Of a DNA stretch of 63,433 bases, positions 39,207 to 49,756 are shown piece after piece. Each line of letters opens with the position of its first letter. Within the stretch, counting starts at the first letter, position 1. The notes below the pieces were generated by a model that made no database searches, was not told the origin of the DNA, and saw nothing but the letters and a program-made list of their open reading frames with translations. Position numbers and translations under genes: made by a program. This DNA comes from a virus: positions 1 through 63,433 of the IMG/VR virus record IMGVR_UViG_3300019860_000021, one strand, 5' to 3'.

Positions 39207-42200
39207 TTAGAGGCCGATGATGGCTGGACGATTCAGCCCGACCCTGGTCCCCGCCCCATGGCTCTTCACCACCCCGTTCACGGACCGAACCACGGTCATC
39301 CGCTGCGGCGTCACAATCTCAACCAGCTGAAACCGCAGCTCCGGACTGGTGTTGGTGTTGCCAGCAAACGCTGAGGCAGCAAACCCAACCTGCCCCTCAG
39401 GGATCGGGTCTGTGGTGATCTCACGGTCGATCTGCCAGTGCTGCGGCTCCTGATACCGCAAGTCCAACCCGGCGTCGAGCCCACCCTCCCCGGTCAAATC
39501 GACCTGCTTCCACGCCCTAGCGAGAACCCTGTTACCGATCAGCCGGGTGCGCACCCAAATCCTGTCCTCAAACGCAGTCGATCCCGTATATGTGAGCATC
39601 GGCAGGTTCACCGTCGCACCGATTTGAGTGGTTCCCCGAGCCACAGACAGGCTGCATGTCCCATCCGTGTTCAAATGCAGCCGGCACCGGTAGTAGTTGG
39701 TGGCACTCTGGTGGCGCAACACCAGTGACGGCAGCAGCGCCGTGCCCGACGCCGTCGCATCCACACGCACCGTCCACAGGATCTCGCAGTCCTGCACAGG
39801 AAACCCCACGTCCAACGTTTGCAGTCGGACCGTCTGCGGGTTGTCAAGGAGCTGCACAAACCCGTACAAGTCGCGTGTGGACGTGCCCAGCCTGGTGTCC
39901 GGCACAGTCGTGTCCACCCACGCATGCCCTGAGGGAGACGTGCCCCACGAGTCGCTGGGACGCGGACTCCGAAAATCGTCCCACCCCGCAGGCTCACACG
40001 CGGTGACCTGCACAACCTCACCACCCAGGCGCAGGTTGAACGGGAACTCATAGGCGTGCGTCTCAGTGAGGCCACGCGAGTTAATCCACCGCGCACCTGA
40101 GTGCTCATCCTGCACCGTTGCGACGATGAACTCCGTATCCGAATCATCCACGGGCACCTGGAGAATGCTTCCTGAGGTGTCTGCCCGGTTCGGCGCATCC
40201 GCCCCTGGGGACACGCCCACCTCAGAAAAGATCACCTCATCCACGTACATCACGTCGCTGGACGACGGCGTGTTCCGCTGGTTGATGGACGGCCGTGCCC
40301 GGTAGGCGCCCTCCGGTGCGACCGCGCGCCCCACCAGACGCGTCCACACCCCGGCAGGGATCGGGGTTGAGGGCACCACGATCACAAACGCGATCTGCGT
40401 GTTGTTCACATCCAGCCACTGCACCGCCAGGTCCATCGCATACCCGGTCGGGGACAGCACCCACACGCTGACCTCGTACTCCACCCCCGCATACACCCGG
40501 GGAGCGTCCTCGATCCGGGCGATGACCCGGGTGGTCTCCGTCGTGCCGTCCGGGACGAGTTTCAGCGAAAACTCGCCCTGATACGCATAGTCCCGCGAAA
40601 TCCACAGGCTGGCCCCGCCAATAGACTGCCACCCGTAGGGGGTCACCTCCATGGAGTGGTTGCGGTTGAGCACCACCTGGGGGGCGACCGTCGCGACCTC
40701 AACAATCCGCGCAGGGGACGCGTTGTACTCGATGTGCCACTCGTGCGTGGACAGCTCCTCCTCATACCCCTCAGCGATCACCTCGATCGGCTCTGGGGGA
40801 AGCCACGCCGGAGGATTCGCAATAGTGATCTTGTCGCCTGGTTCCACACCCGCCACGCTGGTCCGCAGCTCCTCCATACGCGGGTTGGTGAGGTTGATAT
40901 GCAGGTTGGGGATACGCGCCTCATCCACCGTCCCTTTGTGCACCTGCCAGCCAGCGATCGACGGCAGATCGTCGTTGGAGTGCACGTTGAACTCGCCGGA
41001 GCCCGAGTACCGGCCCACCCCCTGTGGGGGCTCCTGCACGGACAGCGGCCCATCGGTTTTCTCGTAGCGGATCTCTGACCCGTCGGTGCGCTGCGCAGTG
41101 AAGTCGTTGAGCAGGTTCTGGTCGTCATCCGTTGGCTCCAACGGATCAAACGTCTGCCCTTTCGCATAGTCAAGGGCAAGCACCCGAGGCTCCACATGCG
41201 CATACGCGGTATAGGACCGCCACACGGTGTCCCCGATGTACCCGGTGCCATGCAGCGCGATCGTGTGACCGGAGTCGACCACGCGCAGCGTGCCATACCG
41301 GCCCCGGCCTGGTGACTGGCCTATGTCGTACTGGCCTTCGGGGTGATCAGAGTAGGAGGCGTCCAACGAGGCGAACATGAACAGCGGAAAACCGCCCCAC
41401 GGGTTGTTCGGGCCGCTAGACATAGACAAGGCGTGCTTGTCGGCCTGCAGCATCACCATGCGGTCCAGCCAGCCTAAATCGCCGAGTAGATCCACCAGCT
41501 CGGCGCGTTCCCTGCGGAAACGCCACCACGAGTCGTTGGAGTAGTCCGCACCCGAATACGAGATCCCCACGTTACGCACGTCCCCCTGGTCGGATAGCCA
41601 CTGGGACGGCATCACCCACACCAGCGCCTGGGCAGAAGAGTTACGCAGAATGCGCTCCAGCCAGCGCTTCTGCTGCTCACCCAGCATCGTTTTGGGGTTG
41701 GACGGATCGTTGTCCGGCAGCAGGTTCGGATCCCGCGCCCACCTGACGTCGCTAGCGACGAAAAGAACACGACCGATCTGCCAGGACTGGTAGATCGGCG
41801 CATCCCCACTCCCGGCAGGCAGCGGATAGTGGGGGACGATTTCCCGGTAGACGGTCGCCGCGGCAGCCCGGCCCACATGGGTGCGATCGGAGTTGTTCGG
41901 CCCGTAGTCGTGGTCATCCCACACATACGCGATCGGCACAGCCCGGTAGAAACGGCCCTGGCGGGCATCCGCGCCGAGCGTGCCGTTAAACGTGAGGACG
42001 TCGTGGTAGGCCTGCCGGTATGCGTCGGGATCGTTGATGGAAATGTCGCGATAGTGCAGGTCACCCAGGTGAATGAACTGCAGCCAGTCCTCGGCGAGCG
42101 CCCGCGCCCGCATCACATCGAACACCGGGTGGTTAGACACGGCGTTGGTGATATGGGAATCATCCCCTGTCCCGGTCAAACCGGCGTCCCCGGCCGCCCC

Positions 42201-42497
42201 CACGATGAAACTCGCTGGCTCCCCCGCGGGCGGGTGGGTGCGGAACGTTCCCATGAACGCCGTGTCGATAACGCTGTCGTCCTCGAGCGCATACCAGTAG
42301 CGGGTGTCCGGCTCCAACCCGGTGGCCTCGATCGACACCACGCCTTCGCTGGTCGGCGACACAGGGCCGAAAAACACCGGGTTCGACAGGTCCTCGGCTT
42401 CAGACACCACCAGCCGCGTCGAGGAACCCGTCACCTTGCCGCGCACCCACACGCTTGTCTCGGTACCGGCCCCAGCCCACACCCACTCCACACTCAT
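39207..42497 (-). CDS. 1096-aa minor tail protein with N-terminal PhoD-like metallophosphoesterase and a CBM-like module
   Basis: PDTRYWYAL..FRTHP..FIVGAAGDAG..FIHLGDLHYRD..YVWDDHDYGPNNSD is PhoD_N plus metallophos-like. Residues around 615-760 (NHSMEVTPYGWQ...MYVDEVIFSE) resemble CBM_4_9. Coupled to the tail genes. Confidence 0.75.
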   Translation of the reverse strand: MSVEWVWAGAGTETSVWVRGKVTGSSTRLVVSEAEDLSNPVFFGPVSPTSEGVVSIEATGLEPDTRYWYALEDDSVIDTAFMGTFRTHPPAGEPASFIVGAAGDAGLTGTGDDSHITNAVSNHPVFDVMRARALAEDWLQFIHLGDLHYRDISINDPDAYRQAYHDVLTFNGTLGADARQGRFYRAVPIAYVWDDHDYGPNNSDRTHVGRAAAATVYREIVPHYPLPAGSGDAPIYQSWQIGRVLFVASDVRWARDPNLLPDNDPSNPKTMLGEQQKRWLERILRNSSAQALVWVMPSQWLSDQGDVRNVGISYSGADYSNDSWWRFRRERAELVDLLGDLGWLDRMVMLQADKHALSMSSGPNNPWGGFPLFMFASLDASYSDHPEGQYDIGQSPGRGRYGTLRVVDSGHTIALHGTGYIGDTVWRSYTAYAHVEPRVLALDYAKGQTFDPLEPTDDDQNLLNDFTAQRTDGSEIRYEKTDGPLSVQEPPQGVGRYSGSGEFNVHSNDDLPSIAGWQVHKGTVDEARIPNLHINLTNPRMEELRTSVAGVEPGDKITIANPPAWLPPEPIEVIAEGYEEELSTHEWHIEYNASPARIVEVATVAPQVVLNRNHSMEVTPYGWQSIGGASLWISRDYAYQGEFSLKLVPDGTTETTRVIARIEDAPRVYAGVEYEVSVWVLSPTGYAMDLAVQWLDVNNTQIAFVIVVPSTPIPAGVWTRLVGRAVAPEGAYRARPSINQRNTPSSSDVMYVDEVIFSEVGVSPGADAPNRADTSGSILQVPVDDSDTEFIVATVQDEHSGARWINSRGLTETHAYEFPFNLRLGGEVVQVTACEPAGWDDFRSPRPSDSWGTSPSGHAWVDTTVPDTRLGTSTRDLYGFVQLLDNPQTVRLQTLDVGFPVQDCEILWTVRVDATASGTALLPSLVLRHQSATNYYRCRLHLNTDGTCSLSVARGTTQIGATVNLPMLTYTGSTAFEDRIWVRTRLIGNRVLARAWKQVDLTGEGGLDAGLDLRYQEPQHWQIDREITTDPIPEGQVGFAASAFAGNTNTSPELRFQLVEIVTPQRMTVVRSVNGVVKSHGAGTRVGLNRPAIIGL

Positions 42498-44467
42498 CCA
42501 CTCAACTCCTGGTTGTAACGCGACCTGTTCGTCCTGTACACGAGCGCGACTTCGTCCCGAGACTCATACAGCATCCCGTCATCCACCCGCTCAGCCTCCC
42601 GCATCACCTCCAGCGGGGTCTCCGCATACTGCGGACCCATCGGCGGCGTGGCCTCCAAATCCCCCACCACCTCCAACGGGATGCCTTCCTCGCGGGCGAT
42701 CCGATGGATGCGCACCCCCGCACGCTCACCCCGATGCCCGTACATCGCCTGAACCATCTCCAACGGGTTCGGGTACGCGGCTTCTTCTGAGGCGTCCCAC
42801 ACCGTGATGTGGCCCAGCGCTACATGCTCCGCGTCCTGCACACTGCTGTGATCCCACCAATACTGGGCAGACACCACCGGAAGCGGACGCCCCAACCCGT
42901 TCGTGGTGCCGGTGTCCATCAACTCCCCGTCGATGTACAACCACCAGTCCGACTCCACGCCCGTGTCCCGCACCTCCAGCCGCACATGCCGCAACTGGTC
43001 CGTGAAAAACCGGGGCTCCACAAGAGCGCTAGACACCTGAGTCCACGCAGACGGGGAGGCATCATCGAGAACGGTGCGCACAAACACCCTGATGTCGAGA
43101 GCCCCCGCGTCGAACCGCACCTGCCACTCCTGTGATGGCCCCGTATCACCGCGGCGGGCGACTGCGACCAGCCGGTCCACCCCGCCCACCCCGGCGCGCA
43201 CCATGTCCAACGCCCAGTCAGCAGAGCTGCTCTCCACCTGGCCAGCAATCCGCCCCACGGCCCGCCGAGTGCGCGCCACATCCTCCAACCACGGCGCCAG
43301 CTGACCCTCCCGCCAGTCCAGACGCGACTGGGTTACCCCAAGCGTGCCCGGTGGGGCGTCCACCACGATCCCCATGTCATACAGGCCCACATCCGGAGAA
43401 GCGACCAGCGCGGAGGCACCATCCGTCAGCGGCCAATAGGCGACCGGATTACGCGCAACGATGAAACGGCGCAACGCAGACCGGGCAGGGCCGCGCCCCT
43501 GAGAGAGCCGACGCAGCGGCCCGCTCGCCTCAATCGGCAGCCACACGTCGTTGCCGGACAAATCCCAACGCAACGGCCACTCAGACACCTCACCCGCAAA
43601 CCGGCCGATCCGCGTGTCCCCCACCATCACCGCCACCCGAAGCGGAATGTTGCGCCCCAACATCCCGTAGTAGGGAGAATTGGGGTTACGGGGCGAATAC
43701 TTGCCGTGCCGGTTGTTGAGCAGCAGCCTGCACGTGGACGCATCCGCTGTCGCCGATTCATCCGCCCGACCTCGACTGATCGTCACCGGGTCGGTGTCCC
43801 GCACATCCCCGCTGATGTTCACCCATTCCCCACCCAGCTTCAACTCGGTGCGGATCGTCAAAGGGAAGCGCGGCTGGGTGGTAGGCACGGTTTTCGGGGT
43901 AAGCAGAATCGCCGTGGCTGCCATGTGCCCAACCGTGCTCGTCACCAGCGTGTATGCGGGCGTGGGACCACCAGCCTGCACCTGGTAGGCAGAGATGATC
44001 CCCCGCGACAGATTCGTGATCGTCGTCAGCCCCGCCGGAGCCCAGGTCTTGGCTACCTCTCCCCAGTGGAAACCGTAGGCGAGCAGCACGTCCCCAGGCT
44101 GAGCATCCAGCACGGGCAGATCGATAGTGGCCGCAGAGTCAGTGGAGTTGACGGCATAGGAACGCACCGAGTCAACCCCGCGAAACACGACAAGGTTAAG
44201 GAAATGCCAATGCGAGCCCTCCCACGTCACCGTGTAGGAGGCAGGCTCACCATCGGCGACACGGGTCCACACGTAGGTAGCCACGTCCGTGCCGATGATG
44301 TCCTCGGTCATGACCGCCCACCCCGGTGGGCGAGCGGTAACCGTAGGGAAGTCATTGGCAGAGGCGAGCATGAACATCCGGTCCCCGTCCTGCACCCCGG
44401 CAGGAAGATTCACAGTCACCGAGGACACGAACCCGCCCGCTGAGGTGGCGCCCACCAGGGTGATCAC
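42494..44467 (-). CDS. minor tail protein (657 aa; distal-tail position)
   Basis: Immediately follows the tape measure with 4-nt overlaps on both sides. Typical actinophage minor-tail composition. Confidence 0.7.
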   Translation of the reverse strand: MITLVGATSAGGFVSSVTVNLPAGVQDGDRMFMLASANDFPTVTARPPGWAVMTEDIIGTDVATYVWTRVADGEPASYTVTWEGSHWHFLNLVVFRGVDSVRSYAVNSTDSAATIDLPVLDAQPGDVLLAYGFHWGEVAKTWAPAGLTTITNLSRGIISAYQVQAGGPTPAYTLVTSTVGHMAATAILLTPKTVPTTQPRFPLTIRTELKLGGEWVNISGDVRDTDPVTISRGRADESATADASTCRLLLNNRHGKYSPRNPNSPYYGMLGRNIPLRVAVMVGDTRIGRFAGEVSEWPLRWDLSGNDVWLPIEASGPLRRLSQGRGPARSALRRFIVARNPVAYWPLTDGASALVASPDVGLYDMGIVVDAPPGTLGVTQSRLDWREGQLAPWLEDVARTRRAVGRIAGQVESSSADWALDMVRAGVGGVDRLVAVARRGDTGPSQEWQVRFDAGALDIRVFVRTVLDDASPSAWTQVSSALVEPRFFTDQLRHVRLEVRDTGVESDWWLYIDGELMDTGTTNGLGRPLPVVSAQYWWDHSSVQDAEHVALGHITVWDASEEAAYPNPLEMVQAMYGHRGERAGVRIHRIAREEGIPLEVVGDLEATPPMGPQYAETPLEVMREAERVDDGMLYESRDEVALVYRTNRSRYNQELSG

Positions 44468-47400
44468 CGGCGCCCCCTCCCAGAACCGAAAGCAACCTGA
44501 ACGTCGCCGCCACCCTCGATGCGGACCATCCGCCGGATCCGACGCCGCAGCTCGTCATCGCCACCCTCAATGTCGAGGATGATCCGAATCGGCTCGGCGT
44601 TGACGGGTTCAGGCCGCCCGGTGCCGTTGTAGGCGAGCGTGTAGCCAGGCATGAGCCATCCGCCCTGGTCATACGATTTAGCGGGGAGCGCATCACCCAA
44701 GCTTGGGGCGAATCCGAACTGGTGGGGGAAGCTGCGGGTACCGCGCGCAGCCCGGCCGAGCACCACCCCCCGGGATCCACGGGACTCAAAGTTCACCCCG
44801 GCGAGGGTGCCAGCCATGTGCCCAACCCCCGCGTGGGTAACACCAACCGACAGCGGCGCGCGCAACCCTCGCACCCACCCAGGCGGGGGCGCGCCGAGGA
44901 ACGAGTGCGTGGTGTGACGCCTACGATACGGATACAAGCCGCGGAACACGTTCTCCGCCGCCGAGGTGAGGCCGGAACAGTCGTAGCCGCCTGGGCCGAC
45001 ACCGCCCCAAATGTAGGGTTTACCGCGCTGCGCAGTGAGGAACCGCGCGGTGCGACGGATCCGCTCCGAGGCTGTGGCGAGGTCCCCCCACGAGTCCAGG
45101 CCACCCCCCATCAGCGCCCTAAACGCCTCATCCGCTCGACGGAACGCAGCCAACACGCGGGGCTTGATCGTCCCCATCGCAGCGTGCGCTATCCCGTTGA
45201 ACGTGTCACCGCGGCCGAACAGCTTACCCAACCCGGTGTGCATCTCATCCAACGCCGGTTTGGCCTTGGCTTCAATCCGCCCCTCGATGTGCCGCCACGG
45301 CGTCGAGGTGAACTGCTGTGCACGGCCAACAATCCCACCCCTGGCCAGCCCAGGAACGCTGCCCGCATACTTGGACAGGCCCTCCATCGGTGCCTGGCCC
45401 AGGCCCGCCTGGTTCATCTCCTGGCTGACACGGCGCACCGCGGAGACACCGCCGCGGTTGCCGATCCGGTTCCAAAAATCGATGAACCCGGCGCCCAGGC
45501 CCTTGACGACCTCAGGCACGAGCACGCCCTCCCCAGAACGCATGCCCATGATCAGATCGTCCCGCTTCGACGGCTGGTAGCCGGGCACCACACCACCCTC
45601 GGCCAGACCGCTAGGCACACTCATCGCGCTCATCGGCGACAGGCCTGACACCCTGGCAGCCACCCGGTTCCACACCGGCCGCAGGCCCTTGTTGTAGACC
45701 GGTGAGATCACATATCGCACCGGCGCGGCCGCAGCCTGCCGCAGCTTCGCCCACGCCGACGCGACACCGCGAACAGTGTTCGTAAAACCCCGAACCGTGT
45801 TCGACCCGAACTGGGAGAACGCCCGGTTCAGCACCCGCACCAGATTCGACGTCTCCGCGACCAGACCAGCAGCCATCCCCCTAAACGACCGCAAAGCCTG
45901 CGCCCCCAACTGGGTGAACGCCGATGTGAACCCGCGCGCCAACAGGCCAATCAGCCGGGCCACACTCGCCTGCATGGCAGCCACCGCCGCCACCACCGCA
46001 GCCCGCAACTGCTGCACCTGCCGCGTCACCGTCTGCGCCATCGACGACGTCTCACCAGTGGTGCCCCTGCCCATCCCAGAGAACCTGTCGCCCACACCCT
46101 TAGACAGGCGCCCGGTCTCCCCGATGATCGCGTCGACCATGTCCGGCCAAATCGAGTTGCCGACCACCTCGTTGTACAGGTCCTTGACCCTGCCGACGGT
46201 GTTGTCGTACAACTCGTTGATCTTGTCCTTGACCCCGTCGACCAGCTCGCTGGCCTTCTCGATGATCTTTTGCTTGATCTGCTCCCACAAGCGCGCCGCC
46301 ACCCCCAACAGGTGACGGAACTTCTCCGCAGCCATCAAAGCCAGATCAAGCAGGATCCGCCCAAAACTACTCAGCAGCGCCCAGCCGATCTTCACCACCA
46401 TGCCGGGGATCTCCAGCGCCAAATTCAGCAGCGCGCGACCAAACGCAGCAATCAGACGAGGAGCCCAATCGTTTTCAACCTGCTCTTCGATCTTCCCCGG
46501 GCCATCAGCGTCTTCGAACGCGGTCGCGGTCTCCTCAGGAGCGCCCGTCGCCCAGTCCACGAATTTCTGCGTCAGTGTTTCGAGACGCTCCGGCAGGCTT
46601 TCAGCGAACTCCTCAATCCACCTAACAAACCGGTCCGTCCACTTTTCAAGACGACCCGGCAGCGACTCGGCGAACCCCTCAATCCACTCAACTATCCGGT
46701 TCGTCCACCCCTGCAAACGCGCTGGCAGCGACTCAGCGAACCCCTCAGCCCAGCCCGCGAACCTGGTACCGAACTCGTTGATCTTCCCCTTGACACTGCC
46801 CCACAGCCCACCAGCCCACTGGCGAACCTTCTCACTCCACGTTGAGAGCCTCCCAGGCATCGCCTGCGCCTGGGAAACAATCCACCTGCCGAACCTGGTG
46901 GCAAATTCTGTGAGCTTCCGCCGGACCTCACCCCACAGCCCACCAGCCCACTTGACAAACTCGGCAGTCCATTCAGGCAGGTTTTTCTCGATCTCATCCG
47001 GCACATCTTCGGTCAGCCACGTCGAGAAATCATCCAGCCACTCGCCCAGCTTCGCGGTGAACTTGCGGCCCATCTCCACTACCCAGTCAACGAACGCGGG
47101 AATCCACTCGTTCGTCGCCTTGTCCCAGATGACTGGGGCAACCTCGACGAGCCACTCACCGATCGCGCGCGGCAGTTCCCAAAACCAGGTTTTCAACGAG
47201 GTCCACAGCAGCTTCAACCCGGCCTTCGCGACCTCCACCATCGTGTCCCACACCGCAGCAAGGACTTCTTTCGCGCCTTCCCAGGCGCGCTCCCAGTCCC
47301 CTTCCAACAGGCCTGCGATGACGTCCACCCAGCCCTTAAACGCCTGAACCACGTTGGATGCCCACGTGGTGATGATGGTGCGAGCAGTACGGATCGGCGC

Positions 47401-49437
47401 TGTGATCGCATCCCACAGCCACCCCCAACGCTCCCCGAGCGAATCAGCGCCGTCCCGCAGGGTCTTCAACCAGGACACGATGCGTTTGATGTGCGGACCA
47501 GCGGCCTTCTTGATCTCCTCCCAACCCTCAACCAAAACCGGCCAGACTGTGTCCTTAAACCAGTCCACTACCGCGCCAACAGCATCGGCGATGTAATCCC
47601 AGGCGGCTGTGACGATGTCACGGAACGTCTCAGATTTCTGCCACAGCTTGACCAGGCCAGCGATCAGGAGCCCGATCGCTCCGATCACCAACCCAATCGG
47701 TGAGGTGACAACAGCAAAAACAGCGCCAACCCCAGCGATCGCTGCCTTTGCAGCAAGGAAGGCACCGACCACTGCGGCGATGCTCGCCACGAGCAGGCTG
47801 ACGAACCTGATGACAGGCCGGATCGTGTCTGCGTGCTTTTCCAGCCAGGTGGTGGCCGCGCTTACAGCCGCAGAGAAGGCGTCAACAATGCCTCTAGCCG
47901 TGTCAAGAATCCCAAGATCGGCGATAGCGATGAAGAAACCTTCGGCTGCGCTTTTCGCCTGATCCAGAGCACCAACAAAGCTATCCATGCGGATGGATGC
48001 CATACGGTCGGCCTCGCCTGAGGTGTTGTCCATCGCCTCGGCGAGCTTGCGGACCGCGCCCTCACCCTGCTGCAGCACTGAGACGAGCTTGGGCCCGTGT
48101 TCTTGCCCGAACGCCTCAATGAGCTGGGTGGAGGTGACCTCTGAGTCCATGAGGTCGATCAGCAGCTCATCGAAATCACGGACCGCGCCAGAAGAGTCCC
48201 GGATCTCGATACCCAGCTGCGCGAAAAGATCAGCGGCTTTGGAGGAGGAGTTTTGCAGCTGGTTGAGGATGTGGTTGAGCGCGGTGCCGGCCGTGCTTCC
48301 TTGGATGCCGACGTTGCCGAACAGGCCGGTGGCCAAGGCGAGCTGCTCGATCGACCAGCCCGCAGACGCTGCGGTACCAGCCGCATACGAGGCGGTCTCA
48401 CCCAACATCCTGACGTCAACGTTGGCGTTAGCTGCCGCCGTAGCGAGCGCGTCCGCAGCCCTGCCCACCTCGGACGCCTCCATCGACATGCCCGCCATGA
48501 TGTTGGAGGCGATATCCGCAGCCTCAGCCAAACCAAGCCCACCCGCCGCAGCGAGGTTCAGCACGTCAGGCAGGCCAGCCATGATCTGCGTGGTGTCCCA
48601 CCCGGCCATGCCCAAAAACTCCATGGCCTGCGCGGCCTCAGTCGCGCTGAACATGGTGGTAGCACCCATTTCTTTGGCCAGCGACTCCAGGCGAGCGAAC
48701 TCCTCACCCGTCGCACCGGTGACCGCGCGCACCGCCGCCATCGCATGATCGAAGTCGCCGGCCACCCTCAACACGGCGCCGCCCACCACGCTGCTCATCC
48801 CCACCGCGGCTGCCGCGACAGGCGCAAACGCGCCCGCCACCCCCGCAAGCCCGCCGCTCAACCCAGACGTAAACCCCTCCCCGCCACGCTGCCCAGCATC
48901 ACCCAGCTGGGCACTCAACGGGCGGGACGCGCTCTGGGCAGCCTGCTGCAGCCCCGAAGAAAGACCTGCACCAGCCTGAGCCGCCGCAGCCGCGAACCTC
49001 GGCCGAGCATCCCGAACCGTGCGGCCAACCTCATCCACCCATTTTTGGCCTGCCTGCACACCCCCCTCACCCAGACGCTTCACCGTCGCGGTCATCGTCG
49101 GATCCAACGCCTGGGAAACTTTGAGCGTCATCGTCTGCACCGGGCGGGTAAACCCGGACACAAACGACGACCCAGCCCTCCCACCGGAGGCCGCCGCGAC
49201 CCTCTGCGCCTCCTGAAGCGGCCGCTCCACGCTGCGCTGCACAACACGCTGTGTGCGCGCCGCCTGCTCAGCGAACCCCGTGATAAAACTCGTGCCGCCA
49301 CGCCGACCCGACCGGCTCGCCACCTCCGCGAACCGGGTGAACTCCCGCTGGGTAGCGCGGGTGGCCCGATCCAGCTCCCGCATCCACGGCCGCGTATCCG
49401 CATCCAGCACGACCGTGAGCTCTTCTAGCGTGGCCAC
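44464..49437 (-). CDS. tape measure protein with C-terminal NlpC/P60 motif
   Basis: 1657 aa. Central hydrophobic block, ~22-aa tandem repeats (FAESLPxRLxxWTxRxVxWIE), and GKPYIWGGVGPGGYDCSGL...HMAG near the C-terminus. Confidence 0.92.
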   Translation of the reverse strand: MATLEELTVVLDADTRPWMRELDRATRATQREFTRFAEVASRSGRRGGTSFITGFAEQAARTQRVVQRSVERPLQEAQRVAAASGGRAGSSFVSGFTRPVQTMTLKVSQALDPTMTATVKRLGEGGVQAGQKWVDEVGRTVRDARPRFAAAAAQAGAGLSSGLQQAAQSASRPLSAQLGDAGQRGGEGFTSGLSGGLAGVAGAFAPVAAAAVGMSSVVGGAVLRVAGDFDHAMAAVRAVTGATGEEFARLESLAKEMGATTMFSATEAAQAMEFLGMAGWDTTQIMAGLPDVLNLAAAGGLGLAEAADIASNIMAGMSMEASEVGRAADALATAAANANVDVRMLGETASYAAGTAASAGWSIEQLALATGLFGNVGIQGSTAGTALNHILNQLQNSSSKAADLFAQLGIEIRDSSGAVRDFDELLIDLMDSEVTSTQLIEAFGQEHGPKLVSVLQQGEGAVRKLAEAMDNTSGEADRMASIRMDSFVGALDQAKSAAEGFFIAIADLGILDTARGIVDAFSAAVSAATTWLEKHADTIRPVIRFVSLLVASIAAVVGAFLAAKAAIAGVGAVFAVVTSPIGLVIGAIGLLIAGLVKLWQKSETFRDIVTAAWDYIADAVGAVVDWFKDTVWPVLVEGWEEIKKAAGPHIKRIVSWLKTLRDGADSLGERWGWLWDAITAPIRTARTIITTWASNVVQAFKGWVDVIAGLLEGDWERAWEGAKEVLAAVWDTMVEVAKAGLKLLWTSLKTWFWELPRAIGEWLVEVAPVIWDKATNEWIPAFVDWVVEMGRKFTAKLGEWLDDFSTWLTEDVPDEIEKNLPEWTAEFVKWAGGLWGEVRRKLTEFATRFGRWIVSQAQAMPGRLSTWSEKVRQWAGGLWGSVKGKINEFGTRFAGWAEGFAESLPARLQGWTNRIVEWIEGFAESLPGRLEKWTDRFVRWIEEFAESLPERLETLTQKFVDWATGAPEETATAFEDADGPGKIEEQVENDWAPRLIAAFGRALLNLALEIPGMVVKIGWALLSSFGRILLDLALMAAEKFRHLLGVAARLWEQIKQKIIEKASELVDGVKDKINELYDNTVGRVKDLYNEVVGNSIWPDMVDAIIGETGRLSKGVGDRFSGMGRGTTGETSSMAQTVTRQVQQLRAAVVAAVAAMQASVARLIGLLARGFTSAFTQLGAQALRSFRGMAAGLVAETSNLVRVLNRAFSQFGSNTVRGFTNTVRGVASAWAKLRQAAAAPVRYVISPVYNKGLRPVWNRVAARVSGLSPMSAMSVPSGLAEGGVVPGYQPSKRDDLIMGMRSGEGVLVPEVVKGLGAGFIDFWNRIGNRGGVSAVRRVSQEMNQAGLGQAPMEGLSKYAGSVPGLARGGIVGRAQQFTSTPWRHIEGRIEAKAKPALDEMHTGLGKLFGRGDTFNGIAHAAMGTIKPRVLAAFRRADEAFRALMGGGLDSWGDLATASERIRRTARFLTAQRGKPYIWGGVGPGGYDCSGLTSAAENVFRGLYPYRRRHTTHSFLGAPPPGWVRGLRAPLSVGVTHAGVGHMAGTLAGVNFESRGSRGVVLGRAARGTRSFPHQFGFAPSLGDALPAKSYDQGGWLMPGYTLAYNGTGRPEPVNAEPIRIILDIEGGDDELRRRIRRMVRIEGGGDVQVAFGSGRGRR

Positions 49438-49448
49438 CCGTCACACCC

Positions 49449-49736
49449 CTATCGCTTTCGGATCGTCCCACCAAACCGGCGCGTCAACTCCAGCAGCAGA
49501 TTCCTCTGCTCCTGCGGGGTTTGAGCTGTGCGTTTCCTCCGCCCCCACTTGGGAACGAAGTCGTCTACCCGCCACCGCCGCCGCTTCTTGCCGCTCTGGA
49601 GCATGCTGGTGATCCGCTCCGCCAAAATCCCCACGAGAATGTCATCGCGAGGCTGACCGAGCGGGCCTGCCACCTGCTCATACGCTGCCCACGCCGTCAA
49701 CTCGCGGGCAGGCATGCGCTCCAACATCTCGTGCAC
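49449..49736 (-). CDS. tail assembly chaperone, -1 frame extension (gpT-like)
   Basis: Open in the -1 frame relative to 49757..50152 from at least 49799 onward. Canonical G/T position between the tail tube and tape measure genes. Confidence 0.5.
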   Translation of the reverse strand: MHEMLERMPARELTAWAAYEQVAGPLGQPRDDILVGILAERITSMLQSGKKRRRWRVDDFVPKWGRRKRTAQTPQEQRNLLLELTRRFGGTIRKR

Positions 49737-49756
49737 CGTGTAGCCGAGGTGAGCAG

